From: Takakia lepidozioides
Lineage: Eukaryota; Plantae; Bryophyta
DNA: 64,000 nt
Reading direction: 5' to 3'
Assembly: GCA_030704615.1 (NCBI GenBank)
Contig: CM060733.1
Location: 66,278,001-66,342,000, forward strand
Shown here piece after piece: positions 12,701 to 26,200 of this stretch; positions within the stretch are counted from its first letter, which is position 1, and each line of letters begins with the position of its first letter. The notes under the pieces are model-generated. The model worked only from the letters and a program-made list of their open reading frames with translations. It made no database searches and was not told the origin of the DNA. Made by a program: the position numbers and the translations under genes.

Positions 12701-13674
12701 TAATTAATGGCTGAAATGGTAGGCTGCTAGTATGTGTACAGGCTGAACCAAGAGGCCTTGCAGCCTGCACAGGGACACCAATATCTTATCTTGTCCCACA
12801 CATGAACACATGATTCATTGGCCAAGATGGCCGGATCTCGGGTGTTCAAGATGCTTGCATCCCCTACATGAACAAACCCCGCCCTCCCACCCTGTTTTAT
12901 CATGACTGATATGTCAATTCATGGGAAGCTATGACAAGAATGGAAATGTTAGATGGTGCCATGTTTTGGGTTGTTTATGTCTTTAATTGACAATGACCCT
13001 AGTGGGTTTTGTCCATGTCTTGACATGACATGAATATCTTCCCTCTCTCTCCTTTTGTCCCATCAAGATGTGGAGAGAGAGGGAGAGAGGGGGAGCGATG
13101 AGGGAAGAAAAAAAAAAAAAAAGGTGGGGGGGTGGGGGGAGTGACTGAACAGCTGCTATTTTTTTTTTCTCTCATCTCTCCCTCTCTCTCCCTCTTTTCC
13201 CTCATCTCTCCCTCTGTCCCAGCGCCTCTCCATGTAGGCATCACTGTGCAGACATGTAGTCATATGATCATGGCAAGAAGTCGTGACATGTCAAATTCGC
13301 AGTGGTGCACGTGTCCATCCGTCGCCTCTCCATGTAGGCATCACTTTGCAGACATATAGTCATATGATCCCCTGACAAATGCATGACGTGTCGTTTGCGC
13401 AGTGGCGCACGTGTCCCGCTGAAGCCTCTCCATGTAGGCAGCGCTCAACAGACAATGTAGTCATATATTAGTCATATAGTTGTGACTGCAACCCTCTCTG
13501 CAGCAGGACTCCAGGTGCCACGCAAGCAGTCATGGATATGACTTGCAAAACGCAGTCCTAAAGACTAGTCGCTAGGACAGGGTTTTTTTCACTACAGAGT
13601 GATGTAGTCATGCGCATATAAGACTGAAAAAATAGTCATATGTGAAGTCATAAAAACGCTCATCTGTTGTAGTG
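9779..13674. mobile_element. Arm of a CACTA/EnSpm DNA transposon (left boundary uncertain)
   Basis: Ends CTGTTGTAGTG at 13674 (reverse complement CACTACAACAG); ~100-bp subterminal repeats CTCTCCATGTAGGCA at ~13226, 13326, 13426; LTR-element sequence resumes at 13675. Confidence 0.65.
10860..11360. repeat. Dispersed TCATCCATACCGGATGA-type hairpin motifs
   Basis: Copies near 10860, 10948, 11022, 11089 plus GATGAAA/TTTCATC variants. Confidence 0.6.
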
Positions 13675-14802
13675 AAAGTTCGGCCATTAAAACACCTCGT
13701 GGGGGACGAGGATTCTAATACTACTATTTCTTCTGCGGACTCTTTTGACATGGCCGAAGACTATGCACTTCAGATGGCAGAGAAGAAACGACGGGGATCT
13801 CCTATGCCTGAGAGATTACCTCGTTATCAGCCAAAGGAGGGATAGACATTTCCAGGTAGTGCTCAATCATCTCCATCAGCCAGTGACAGGACTCGGGCTC
13901 GCACATGGAGTCCTTCACAAGACTCTCACCGTCAAAAGGGTGCTCGCTCACAAAGGTTTGCTAATCCCAAACAGTTAACCGTGAGGACACGGCTTTTTGA
14001 GAGTGAGAGGGGTAAATGTTAGATGGCTGCTTGGGACTTAGACGCTTTTTATGGGTTATGTGGAGTACCCTTAATTTTTGCGCAGACTGAGACCAACAGG
14101 AGCTTTAAAGGTGGCAGCAGCAGGCTTTCGGGGGGGGTGACACAGCCTGACACAGCTCGACACAGCCAGTCACAGCCGGCACAGCCTAACACAGCCAGTC
14201 ACAGCCCGACACAGCTTCACACAGCCCGGCACAGCCTAACACAGTCAGTCACAGCTTCGCACAGCCAAACACAGCCCGACACAGCTTGACACAGCCCGGC
14301 ACAGCCTAACACAGCCAGTCACAGCTTGGCACAGCTTGACACAGCCTGTCACAGTACATAGGGAACAATTATCATTGACAGGGAACAACTGTGAGGGAAT
14401 GACATCTGCAGAGGGAACGGGTTACTTCAGGGATGACGGTTAGTTAGTTAGGTGGTTAGAACAGCTTGCGGGTAGATAAGGGGAGCGCTTCTGGGTCATG
14501 CATGAGAGGAGATCAGGCGGAGAGGAAGAACAAGAGCACGGAGAGATGAACAGTAGATGCTTGTTACATGCAAAGCTGTAGTGATACTGTAGGGCGGATT
14601 AATGTCACCATGGCATTGGCCTTATACTGATAAATCATAATTTGATACTTATTCGATACAATCGCACTGCGTAGAGAGACATGAATGAAGTTGTGGAATG
14701 AATGCATGATTAACTAGAAATTAGTAGATACTGGAGCAATCTGATGCTTCAGTATATACGGTAAGGTAAATTGATAACATGAAGGCGAGAAGGAATACAA
14801 AT
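13675..14802 (+). mobile_element. Fragment of Athila/Tat-like family copy C: end of 3' ORF, PPT, truncated LTR from 14017
   Basis: Homologous to 26460 onward; LTR start TGTTAGATGG at 14017. Confidence 0.88.
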
Positions 14803-14881
14803 TAGTTCGGACAGTACATGCAATTGTCGTTCTATTACGGACCTTTGCATTGGTCCCTCACCATTGTTTCTGTCCTTGTAG

Positions 14882-16378
14882 GAGCGGTGCTTGGATTCCG
14901 ACACGGACATGCCGAACACAAATATGGTAGAATCAGTCCACTCCTCCTGGCGAGCGTCTTCTGCCGCACATCTGGTGGACGTAGTGACGGCCACAACGGA
15001 GGACATCGATAGAGCAATCATGTAGCAAGCCACGTACTACAAGTTCCTGAGCGGGAAACAATGGGGCTTTGGGCCGGACAGGGAGGAATTGTTGGTACGA
15101 ACAGCTTCGAGGTCAAAGAATCCACTGAAATGGGCGACAACATTGCGAGAGAAGATCAAAGGGACGCCTCTGCACCGCAGAGGTGAACACCTAGAGGGGG
15201 ACGTCCGTACTCGCCCTGTGAGGTGGAGGATTGAAGAGGCACCTTTGCAGGATGGACAAACTTCTTCACATCGTACTAAGGAAAAGCCACACCATGCGAT
15301 TGCGGTTGTCCGGGTGCGAAGAGGATTCCTGGAGATCCGACATGAACATTCGGACAGCACCTCGAGGTCCCGTCATGTTGCCGCACAGTGTGTCTTCCAG
15401 AAGTGGAAGCCCAAGAAATTCCAGATCGCCATCGCCTTCAAGCGGGGATTCCGTGCGAGAAATTCCCACCGCTCGCTTGCCCCAAATTCCGCCCGCTGTT
15501 ATGCAGTATGGCCAAGCCATTGTGGAGCGACTGTGTCTACGTCACAGTGGAGAATTGCACACACAAAGCCGACATTTCGAGGCAGGTGTTCCGCAATTCG
15601 AGTGGATACACGACAACGTTGTTTAGAGATGATAAGGAGGAATCCAAATGGGGTTGTCCCTGCTCCTACTTTTACAGGAAGATTTGTCCATGCAAAGTTT
15701 GCGAAGGCGACAACCACCCAGTTCTGGTTCTACAGGCACGACATTATGACTTGCGTGTATGGAAAGCCCAAGTACGGCATACAAACAATGCCAGAGGCTC
15801 CCCCGGTGTGGCCGGTGGAACCAGGCTGCGATCTGAGTCAGGTTGAGGCCAACGCCCTTACTGCCGCTGGATTTTGGATGGCGCAGTGCACTGACGTCCC
15901 CAGACAACCATTTCCGCTTCCATAGCCTCCACCACCGACCCCTGTGAGAGCAAGAACACTGGGACGTGACAGCTCTTAGCATCCTACACACCATTGGGGG
16001 AAACCGAAGATGCGGCGACCTCCCTCAAAAGTGAACGAGACAAGGATGGGGAATGCACTTCGGATGAACTGTACAATCTAGAGCTCGACAGAAGTGCCCC
16101 CACCAGGCTTCGGGCGTGTGTATCAGATGGCCACGGCAGGCTCAGCTGTTCGCAATGAGGTGTACACCATCACCATTTCAGAATTATCCACCTACAATTG
16201 CACCGACTTCCAGATCATGGCAAACAAGGGGGCATCATATTGCCCTTGCAAGTATCTGTACTACGTGTACCTAAAGAGACTCCGGTGTAATTCCACAACT
16301 CATCACTTCATACATGCACCAGGGTTGAGCCCCCAAGAGGTGCACACTCTTCTGAATATGGATCCAGGGGACCAGTGA
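14882..16378 (+). pseudogene. C-terminal exon of a DDE transposase-like protein with SWIM zinc finger (Mutator-like, tentative)
   Basis: One frame from acceptor at 14881: PNTNMVESVHSSW (TNxxESxH, putative catalytic E)...GFGPDREEL...YTITISELSTYNCTDF...CPCKYLYYV (degenerate CxC...CxH); four in-frame TAG stops. Confidence 0.6.
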
Positions 16379-16631
16379 GCTTGGCTTGCGGTCCCCACAC
16401 AATGGTACGCCCATCCTTTTCGGATAGTAGAACTGTACTGCTGCAAGTAGCTCTGACTCTGGCCACAGAAAGGTCCGACTTATGTTCTGCCTACCAGTAA
16501 TCTGTTTTGCTCGAACTAAGATAATACTATGTCATTCACTTGTGTTTCCACGTGCTTGTATTTTTGTTTGTTGGAGGGTTCCTGTTTTTCTGCTCTCCCA
16601 AACTTTGCTTTCCTCATTCGACCCCCGACAA

Positions 16632-16653
16632 GGAAATGCGGCGCCGCATTTCC
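16632..16653. repeat. Perfect 22-bp palindrome GGAAATGCGGCGCCGCATTTCC
   Basis: Directly visible; variant of the core motif in arrays 10-2490. Confidence 0.9.
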
Positions 16654-17167
16654 AAGTAACGTCGTAGGTACTGGTAGATGCGGCCTTCGTCATAGCAAGA
16701 TAGTCGCACCCAGCCTTCACGGAGCCGACCGTCACCAACACCAAACCCCCCAGAAATTTCGCACGTGCGAATCCTAATGCGACACTGCATTTCCCAGTTG
16801 AGTCGCAAACCTTTCCCGCTGAATACCCGCAGAATTGTGAAGTACTGCAGACTCTATTGGTGTAGACTCTATTGGTTCAATCGCGGCAAAAGGGTCAGCT
16901 CCATTCCAATGTTAAGGCATGTAAAACCGCGGAATACTCTATACAGGCTAGTATGTGACGTCATTTTGCCGTGGTATACTGGATTTCTCGTTGCACGGTC
17001 ACTCATTTCCTTGAGCGGATTTAAAAAAACCATGAGCAGACTTGTTACTGACGACATATCTTCGCCGCATTACAGGATCTGGAACTTCCAAAAATGGCAA
17101 GGTCAAATTTAAAAACTATTATTTTAATACTTGTTTAATCTGCCGCATTTCCAAATTTGGAGGAGTC

Positions 17168-18166
17168 TGTTAGAGGGCTGCTTAGGACTTAGACGCTTTT
17201 ACGGGATCTGTGGGGTACCCTTAATTTTTACATAGACTAAGACCAACAGGAGCCTTAGGGTGAGACCAACAGACTTTAGGGGGGGAGATACATAGCCCGA
17301 CACAGTCCATCACAGCCCAACACAGCCGTCACAGCCCGTCACAGTCCAACACAGCTAGTCACAGCCCGACACAGCCGTCACAGCTTCGCACAGCCAACAC
17401 AGCCCGTCACAGTCAGACACAGCCGTCACAGCCAGTCACAGCCCGACACAGCCGCCACAGCTTCGCACAGCCCGACACAGCCAGTCACAGCCCGCCACAG
17501 CCTGACACAGCCAGTCACAGCTCGGAACAGCTGGGGGGACAGTTATCATTGGCAAGGAACGACTATGGGGAACGACATCTGAAAAAAAAACATGTACTAC
17601 AGGGATGACGGTTAGTTAGGAAAGCAGTTAGAACAGCTTGTAGGGAGATAAAGCGAAGAGCGGGGACGTCTGGGGATCACTTCTTGGTGGGGGACTTCTG
17701 GCATCAAGGCTTGGAAATAGAGGGGAGAGCACATCTCTGAGTGGAAAGATGAAGAGCACGGAGTATGAGAAGTGACGATCTGTTGTTACTTGATGAATGC
17801 AAGCTGAAGAATTGTAATGTAGAGTAGATTAGAGACACCATGGCTTCAGCCTGATACTTGATAGATATTAATCTGATACATACTTCATACTCACACTGTG
17901 TAGAGAGACCTGAGTGAAGCTGTGGAATGAATGGATGGAACTTGATAGATTTCTGAAGCAAACTGATACTTAATTGCAGATAGTAAGGTAACTCGCTAAC
18001 ATGAATGCGGGAAGGAGTACAAATAGGAAACACCCCCATGATACACTAGCTGTAGGTCATGACTGATTGTTCTGAGCGGGCTGAGTGCTTAGAGATTTCC
18101 AACTCTTCTATCTTGGAGTTCCCACCTCGGATAGCAAAGGGATGGGTGAGTAAAAGCCGCTCGACA
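17168..18166 (+). repeat. 5' LTR of copy B
   Basis: Near-identical to 26801-27810. Confidence 0.97.
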
Positions 18167-19063
18167 TTTGGCGACCATACTGGGGAATTGGGTCATGAAC
18201 AACCAGATGTGACAGGCATCTGGTGGGATCATGGTGGTTGGAGAATTAAAGAATTTGATGTGAATCAAATTCCCTGTGAAACTGAGAAGGAAAGATTGTC
18301 CAAACGATTCTTTCAGAGGTTCTTGGAATTGCCAGACGGTTGTAAAGAAAACATTCTTAAAAGAGTGCATGATGCTGACCCTGAATGGGGTCTGGAGAAA
18401 GGAGTGATAAAGATTTATCAGGTGGCCTTCAGAGGAAGAGCACGTTGGTTACCAACACTGGTTTATGTGATAGCATTGCTATCCATTAAGCGAGTAGAGT
18501 TTGAAGGCTGGGAGGAAAGAAAGGTGAATGTTTATACTCATATGCATGAAGAGCTTGTACTGGTAAAGAATTGGATTCCAAAGGATATTTTGTGGATCAA
18601 ACTCACACCAAGAACAGCTTTCCAGACTTGTTTGCCATATGGTTATATGGTAACAGAGACTTCTAGTATAGCCAAGGGTGCATTGAAGCTTGAAAGAAAC
18701 CCAGGCATATACGAGAGATATTACAGAAGAGAGTTTTGGTTATTGCCACATTAAAAGAAATGAAAGACATGGGACATGAGTGATGAAAGAGAAGCTAGAC
18801 TCCAGAGATATTCAGCAAAAAGAGAAAGCTATTTGAAAGCTAATTATCCATATCTTTGGGAGAGAGGAATAGACATAGGGGAATCATCTGGACCTCTCAC
18901 ACCATTAAGATCAGGGAGTACATCACCCATACCGGAAGAACTAGAGTTGGATGCCACTCTTTCTTTTTCTTTGCAAGAAAGATTAAGGGAATTGGTACGG
19001 GAAGAAGATCAATCACGAGGTGAAAGATCTGAGGTACATCCCTGGATAAAAGATTTGACATAA
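18059..19063 (+). CDS. 5' extra ORF region upstream of gag, unknown function (ORFs 18059-18754 and 18776-19063, same frame)
   Basis: 231-aa and 95-aa same-frame ORFs with globular composition; the first ATG lies inside the LTR. Confidence 0.45.
18169..18184 (+). promoter_or_regulatory. Primer binding site TGGCGACCATACTGGG (probably tRNA-Arg)
   Basis: TGG start 2 nt after the LTR; complement ends GGTCGCCA like plant tRNA-Arg(UCG). Confidence 0.75.
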
Positions 19064-19144
19064 ATCTTTGATAAGAGTTGGCATGGAACACCAAAAGTAG
19101 GAACTCCAGTTTCTGAAACGGAAGGTGAAAAAGGAGGAGAGGAT

Positions 19145-20920
19145 GTGGTAGAGCCAACGGAGAGTTCAGACTCTCCAACACCATTACAGTTGAGTTACAT
19201 GAGTGAAGAAGAAACCCAAGGGCAGAACTTGGAGGATGAAAATAGAGAGAAGAAATTGGAAGAGGAAGAGTATGAAGAAGTAGACCCAACAGCTGAGGTT
19301 GAGACTACGACCAGGACATCCCAACCCGTTGGACCTGGATCAAGTGGAGCACTTGGATCACAGGCCAACGAAGGTGTCGGCTCAGGGGGATCAGGCGGGC
19401 TGCTTGGATCTGGCTCTGGGGGGACAGGGAGTGTGGGAAGTAGTGCAACTGGAGCTGGGAATACTGTGAATATCGTGGGGCCAGTAGCAGGGAGTGCTCA
19501 AGGGCCACCACTTGGTGGAAGATCCACCACAACTACAACAGGTCCTAAAGGACCAGCACCAGCAAGGGTGCCAGCACCAGTCAGTGGGCAGAAGGAAGGG
19601 CCACATATGGCGTTACAACCCACACGGGCAAAACCACATTTTCCAATATATTCAGGAAAAGGGGATCCCGATGTACACATTACCCAATTTGAGCACATGT
19701 GTATAGTGAACAATGAGAATGGCGATGATGCCAAGATGAGATTATTTCCTTGTTCACTTATCAAGAACGCAAGTGAATGGTATGCAAGATTCCCCGATAA
19801 TCATTTCCTAACCTGGAATGGCTTGAATACAACATTCCGAAATAGGTTCAGGACAAGTAAAACTGAGGATGAAGTGTATGGAAGTTTACAACAGTTAAAG
19901 CAAAAGAAGCATGAAACTGTTGAGGAGTATATGGAAAAGATGGAATTGATGATGAAAAGCTGGCTGCTGTACCAGCACCAGGTTTACAGAAGACTTGGTT
20001 TGTGAGTGGACTAAGACCAGAGTTGCAAAAGAAAGTGGATATGTTACCCCATAATACAGTGGAGGAGGCATTTGAAACAACGAACAGAATTGAGCAGTTG
20101 GGAATGCTCAGGAGAGAGAAAAGGGATGATGAGGACTCTGAGGATGAGTCAGATGAAGAAGAAGAAGAAGAACTGAAAAGGAAGAGTAAGAGAAAGGAGA
20201 AGTTGCAGAGGGATAACTATGAGAAAAGATTAGAAGAAATCTTGAAGAAGTATGCCACAGAGGCTGCAACACATTGGAGGAAGGGTGTTTGGTGTGCAAA
20301 GTGCCAGAATGAAGGCCATACCACCACAGAATGCCACATGAAGGAGAAACACTATACTATCTGTAAGATGGATAACCATTCTACTGAGAATTGTTACTAC
20401 AACAGAAGGACATCTGCAAGAGAACCTAGGCAAGTAAGGGTGCATCAAGTGCAGCCCCAACCAAGAAGAAACAGTGATCATGACCACTATGGTAGGCCTG
20501 GTGGTTATAACAATGGCATGGAAGGGAGAGGTAATTCAAGAGGGAATTACCAAGGAAATTCCAGAGGCAACTATCAGGGTAATCCAAGGGGGAATTACTA
20601 GCCAGGGAATCAGGATTACAGAAATAATCCAAGAGCAATCCAAGGGCGAGGACCCAATGGTGAAGAACTGTGTTACTATTGTAATCAGCCAGGACATCGC
20701 AAGGCAGCATGTTCATTCTGGATTAGACACCAGAATGAGATGAGAGCTCCTGTGAATGAGGGCCCAGTGGTGGTTGCTCATATGGTTAGGCCATGTGTTG
20801 TACCAGAAGTAAGTACAATGATAGTAACAAGAAGAAAAACCAAACTAATACCTCCAGTAGTTGAGGAAGATGATGATAATGAAGATGGCAGTGATGTGCC
20901 TGAAGATGATGAGGCTCTTC
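19145..20920 (+). pseudogene. gag: gag (capsid domain plus zinc knuckles), disrupted
   Basis: YSGKGDPDVHI...W...TWNGLNTTFRNRF...QKKHETVEEY; CAKCQNEGHTTTEC and CYYCNQPGHRKAAC; frameshift ~19960, stop 20599. Confidence 0.85.
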
Positions 20921-20984
20921 ATATCACACGACACAACCAGGCAGTTTGGCATCTCCATAAGCTCTTTCTAAACCGCGCTGAAAC

Positions 20985-22100
20985 CAGATGATGGAGTACT
21001 TAAACGATGCTTGTACCACCATGAAGTAAATAAAGTTTTGGAGGAAGTTCATAAAGGAGTGGCTGGAGGTCATTTTGGAGAAGAGACTACCAGTAGGAAG
21101 ATACTACTTGCAGGTTACTGGTGGCCTACTTTGTTCAAAGATGTACACAAGTATTGTCAGAGTTGTGATGAATGTCAGAGGCTAGGACCTTTGAAGAGAT
21201 CTGGGAAGATGGCTTTCCATCCTACGATGCCTACTGAACCATTTCAGAAATGGGGACTAGACTTTGTTGGACCAATTAACCCACCAGCCAAGAATACACA
21301 GAACAGGTACATAATTACAGCCACTGATTATACTACGAAGTGGGTGGAAGCTAAAGCTTTGAGGGACAACACAGCCAAGTCCACAACAAGGTTCCTGTAT
21401 GAGAACATACTTACACGATTTGGCTGTCCCTTGGAATTTATCAGCGATCAGGGAAGTCACTTCATTAATGAGACCATTGAACTATTGACTAAAGAGTTCA
21501 TGATTGTGCATAAGAAGAGTACAACGTATTACCCACAGGGTAATGGGCAGGCAGAGGCTACCAACAAAATACTATGTACTATCTTGGCTAAGATAGTCAA
21601 TGCAAACAAAACGGATTGGGATACAAAGCTGCTGACAGCTTTGTGGTCATACATGACTTCATATAAAGTCACCACTAAGTATACACCATTCCAATTAGTT
21701 TATGGTATGGAAGCTTTACTTCCAGTGGAATTCCTGTTACCTACCATGAGAACGGAATGGGGAAAGAGAATGGAATTGCAAGATTCAATTAAGGTCAGGA
21801 AACATGAATTATACCATGTGGAAGAAGTACGTGCTGATGCAGCTGATAACATGACCAGAATTCAGATGAAGAGAAATGAACAGTTTGATGAAGGCAAGTT
21901 AAAGACTTTTAAGACGGGAGATTTGGTTCTCTAGTTGCAGAAGAAGGGAAAGATTAAAGCTTCTAAGCTTAAATCACCATGGAAAAGACCATATGTCATA
22001 CAGAAGATGTATGATAACAACACCGCCATGTTTCAAACCATTAACAAAGAGATGCTGGGAAGAGTCAATGCGAATAAGTTGAAGGGGTACAGTGGTATCC
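20985..22100 (+). pseudogene. Gypsy integrase (HHCC, DDE, GPY/F-like)
   Basis: VHKGVAGGHFG...CDEC; WGLDFVGP; ISDQGSHF; GNGQAEATN; PWKRPY; stop at 21932. Confidence 0.92.
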
Positions 22101-22234
22101 ATGACAAACCATTGCAGCATGATTTGCATGTTGAAACGCAGAAGCAGTCACGGGCTGCGCCAGTGATACCAACAGAGTATGGAGCACTTGTCGCTAGGCC
22201 GAGCGTATATGACCAGGGAGGGCAGTACAAGCGC

Positions 22235-22465
22235 GACACAGCCTATCACAGCCCATCACAGTGTGGCACAGCCGATCACAGCCGATCACGACACGACACA
22301 GCCTATCACAGCCCATCACGGCGCAACACAGCCTATCACAGTCCATCACGGCGCGACACAGCCTATCACAGCCCATCACAGCGTGTCACAGCCTATCACA
22401 GCTTACCACAATGCCACACAGCCTATCACAGCGTACCACAGTATGACACAGCCTGTCACAGCTCA
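22235..22465 (+). repeat. Internal CACAGCC microsatellite with ~30-bp higher-order unit
   Basis: CACAGCCTATCACAGCCCATCAC repeated. Confidence 0.9.
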
Positions 22466-23206
22466 ACACAACTTACTGGGGTTACACAATCCATAGGATC
22501 AGTGACAGGTGGATGTGGGTTAACATCCGGAGAGTGGACGGCGGAAAAGTGGACGGAGGCACGTTTAGAAATGGACACGTGGACGCCAGGGCGAGACACA
22601 CAGCCGGACATGGATTGCAAGAGCGACTGACATCAAGGAAGAAGACAAAATTGGCCGTCAAAGTACCTACACGGCACATTAACTTATTATGGGCCCATTA
22701 ATGCATACAAGGAAAAGGTAACGGAACCCTTTAAAAGTACCGAAAAGCAAAATCCATGTCACATGTGCTATCCTAGTGGACAGTCCAGAGTGGAAAATCC
22801 ATGGAAGGAAATTAAATTACAAAACAAATCACACAGCCAACAGCCAATCATGAGCCAGAATTACCTGCAGAAGGTATTTTCCAAGAAGCGAAATCAAGAA
22901 ATTTGAAGGATTTTGAGCGCAAGAGTCGGCGTCGTTCCAAGTAACGGGCGTCTCGTCAGGAGAGACAATCAAAGCTATAGCTTTGAAGCTATGGCGGAAA
23001 TAACAGACTACACGCTCGCCTTACTACTTACGCAGTGGCACAAGGACAGACGAACGCAGAGTACATTTTCTCTAAATTGCTACTTGCAAGCCCCGCAGGC
23101 TTACAAGCACTTACCCATTTCATTCTGCGCCAACCATATTTTTATGCTTTGTGCCCTGCAGGCGTTTCTTCAATTGTTGCAACCAAAACCTGTCTGTTTG
23201 TCCATA

Positions 23207-26200
23207 ATGAAGAGAGTGAGAGGAATGGAAGATATCAGGGTGAAAAGCACCACAATCTTACAGAAGCAAACGATCGCTGCACCACAGGCGGTGCAGCTAC
23301 TGAAGGAGCTGCGATTGGAGGGATTGCTATGCAAGGACTGGTCCTTGCATCATCGGCAGTTCATGATACAATTTCTTCAAAACTTTGAGCCTCGCACAGG
23401 AGTTACTCAGGTGATGGGAGTAGATATAGAAATTACTCCCCAGTACCTGCAGCAACTGTTTGATTTGCCATCAGAACATGTGGAGGTGGATGAGCATAGG
23501 GCAAGATTGCGGATAGAGAATTTGTTCCAAGAAGGGAGTTTCTTTAAAACTCAAGGTTTTGCTTGTACCAAAGCCGAGTACCCGGGGCTTAGGGAGGTTG
23601 GCCAAATCTTGAACGTTCTGTTTGCCATGAAACAGAACCAACAGTATTTGAGCAGGTCTTTCACAGAAGAGATCTTGAAAGCTTTGAGGGGAGAGGATGT
23701 CGCTTGGGCGGAGCTAATGTACAACGGATTGGTGGACGAGATGAAGAGGTTACAAGGCACTGCTGCAAAGTCTCCGATCATTGTGTCGGGCCCAATCATT
23801 GCTCAAATAATTCTTGATTCTTGCATACTTGATGCTCGGGAAAGAAAGGAGATGGGAATGTTTGAGGCAGAAACCACTGCAATGGAAAAGCAAGGCTCTT
23901 CGCACAGTGAGGGTGGACTGGCAGTGCAACCCCAGTCTAAGAGACAGAGGCGGGGAAAGACTGTAGTGGCGGATCCATTGTGTTCACAGAAACCGCATGA
24001 TAATGTTTCCCAAGCTCTTGTGTAGGAAGGGGCACAGCAGCACAGAGAGCTGCTATTATTGGAAGTAGGGCCTTCAGAGAGGGAGGAGGAAGTCACTTTG
24101 ATGTCACAGCCACCACAACCAATTGACTCTGTTGTTTTAGAAGTTCCACAGTTAGTATATGCTGTGACACCACCAATTGCTCAGGAAGGAGAAAGATTAG
24201 ACATTCCCACTACAGAGCAGGTCGTGGCCGAAATTGAGAAGGGTGACCTTCTCTATGAAAATTCTGGCTTGATAAGGGAAACAATGATTCCAAAGGTGCA
24301 GCGAGTATTCAGGGGAAACCCTGCTGTGAATGTAATAACCACACCTGTGATGGAGGTACAAGGGGGAGAATATCAAGACACTGCAGCACCTGTGGTGGAT
24401 GAGGTGGTTCAGGAAGAAAATCTGGTAGGGCAATGGCCTGAATGGTTCGTGAGGCATCACACTGTTGAGGATCAGGGTGAACAAAAGCAAACTCACCATG
24501 ATGACCCTCAGCAGGCCATGCTTATGAGTTCCATAAGCAGGACACTTAATTTGTTGGGCACTTATGTGAAATCCCATGTTCCATCTACCCAATTGGCAGT
24601 CTTGAGGGAGGAACTCAGGAAGGAGTTTGAGGCTCAACTTGCCACTGAGTGTGCAAACAAGGTTGATGAGGAGGTCACTATCAAGTTACAACAAGAGTTA
24701 GAGCATACAATAGCTGCTTTGCAATTGGCTAAGGAACATTTGATTGAAGCAGGCCTCGCGCAGGACCAGTTGCACGAAGCACATAAGCAACAGCTATACC
24801 AAATGCAGGTAAAACATGAGAGCAAGTTGCAAGAAGTAAATGCACTACATACGGAGTTGTAGACAGTGCATGACAGGATGGCCATACAATGTGCTACACT
24901 CACAACTACGCTTGAGCAAACTACAAAAGAAGTTAACAATCAAGCGGAAAGATGTATAAAGGCACAGGCAGATAATGTCGAGCAGACAAAACTTATTATT
25001 GATATGAAGAATACAATCTGTCGCAATGAGAATACTTTCAAGCAATACATGCAGGTTGAAGCTACCCAAGAGAGGTACATCCTGGAATTGCAACAAACGC
25101 TCATGGCCAATAGAAATGAACTCTCTGTGGCTAACAAGGCTCGGAAGGAGGCCAATAATTTGGCTGCTGCCTATGCGAGTTTGGTTGAACCTCATGCGAA
25201 GCGCATGGAGGCTTTACAACAGCAGCTAGATATGTACAAACTCAGAGAGGAGCAGACTCTCAGAGGTGCCACAACCAACTTGGTGGATAACCACCTTCTG
25301 CAGGTCTGGTTAGCACAAGGACCGGTGGAAGGCAAAGCACCACGGAAGCTCACCCAAAGCGAGATGAATGAGCTCAGGCTACAGGTGCAGAACATTGCCA
25401 CAACTACTATAGACAATGTCTATAGTAGGATAACGGAGCTACAAGAGGATGTAGACGGCCTGCAGACTCAGGTGGAGGACCTGACATCAAATATTGACAA
25501 GAGAGTCTTTGTACCTGAGGAGCAGCTGATGGCTTCTTATTTACAAGCCAGAACTTTAGCTTTTCAGTCTTCTTCGCAGGGGGTGCAGGAGATGCCAGTG
25601 GTACAAGAGCCAGTGCTACCAATACCACAACAAGTGACTGTGACAGTAGCTGACCCTGTTGTTACTACAGCCACACCACAGCCACCACAGCCTGAGGTAT
25701 GGGGGGATGCTGCTTTTAACCCACCTAAAACTCCTACTTCACGGGAGTACAGTCGGGCTATGATTATGCCCTTCAACCAAATTCCCATTGTGTTGGATTT
25801 GGCTTGGAAGGAATTTAGTCCTCCGCAGTCGTTGGCACATTACTACCAGATCATGCGCATTTGGCTGCCAGTGGCAACTAGGACTAAGGTTCTTCCGAAC
25901 AATCGACCCATTGAGGATCATCACTTTGCGAGATACTGGCATGAGGCAAGTACCATGTTGAAGGAATTAATTGCCTTCCAAGTTGTACATGAATTCATTT
26001 ATACCAAGACCAAGGAGGTAGCAAGTATTGTCATGGGCTGCGGGCTATACTACGCTGCTTGTTTTATGGCACGTTATCACATTGAACAGCAGAAGATGCA
26101 ATCGCGCTTTCTGAGTTATTCCAGTGGGGATCATTGGATCTTACCTGCAGTGCCACCTCATATGTACCTATATGAGGCAAAAGTTATGATGCAAAAGGAT

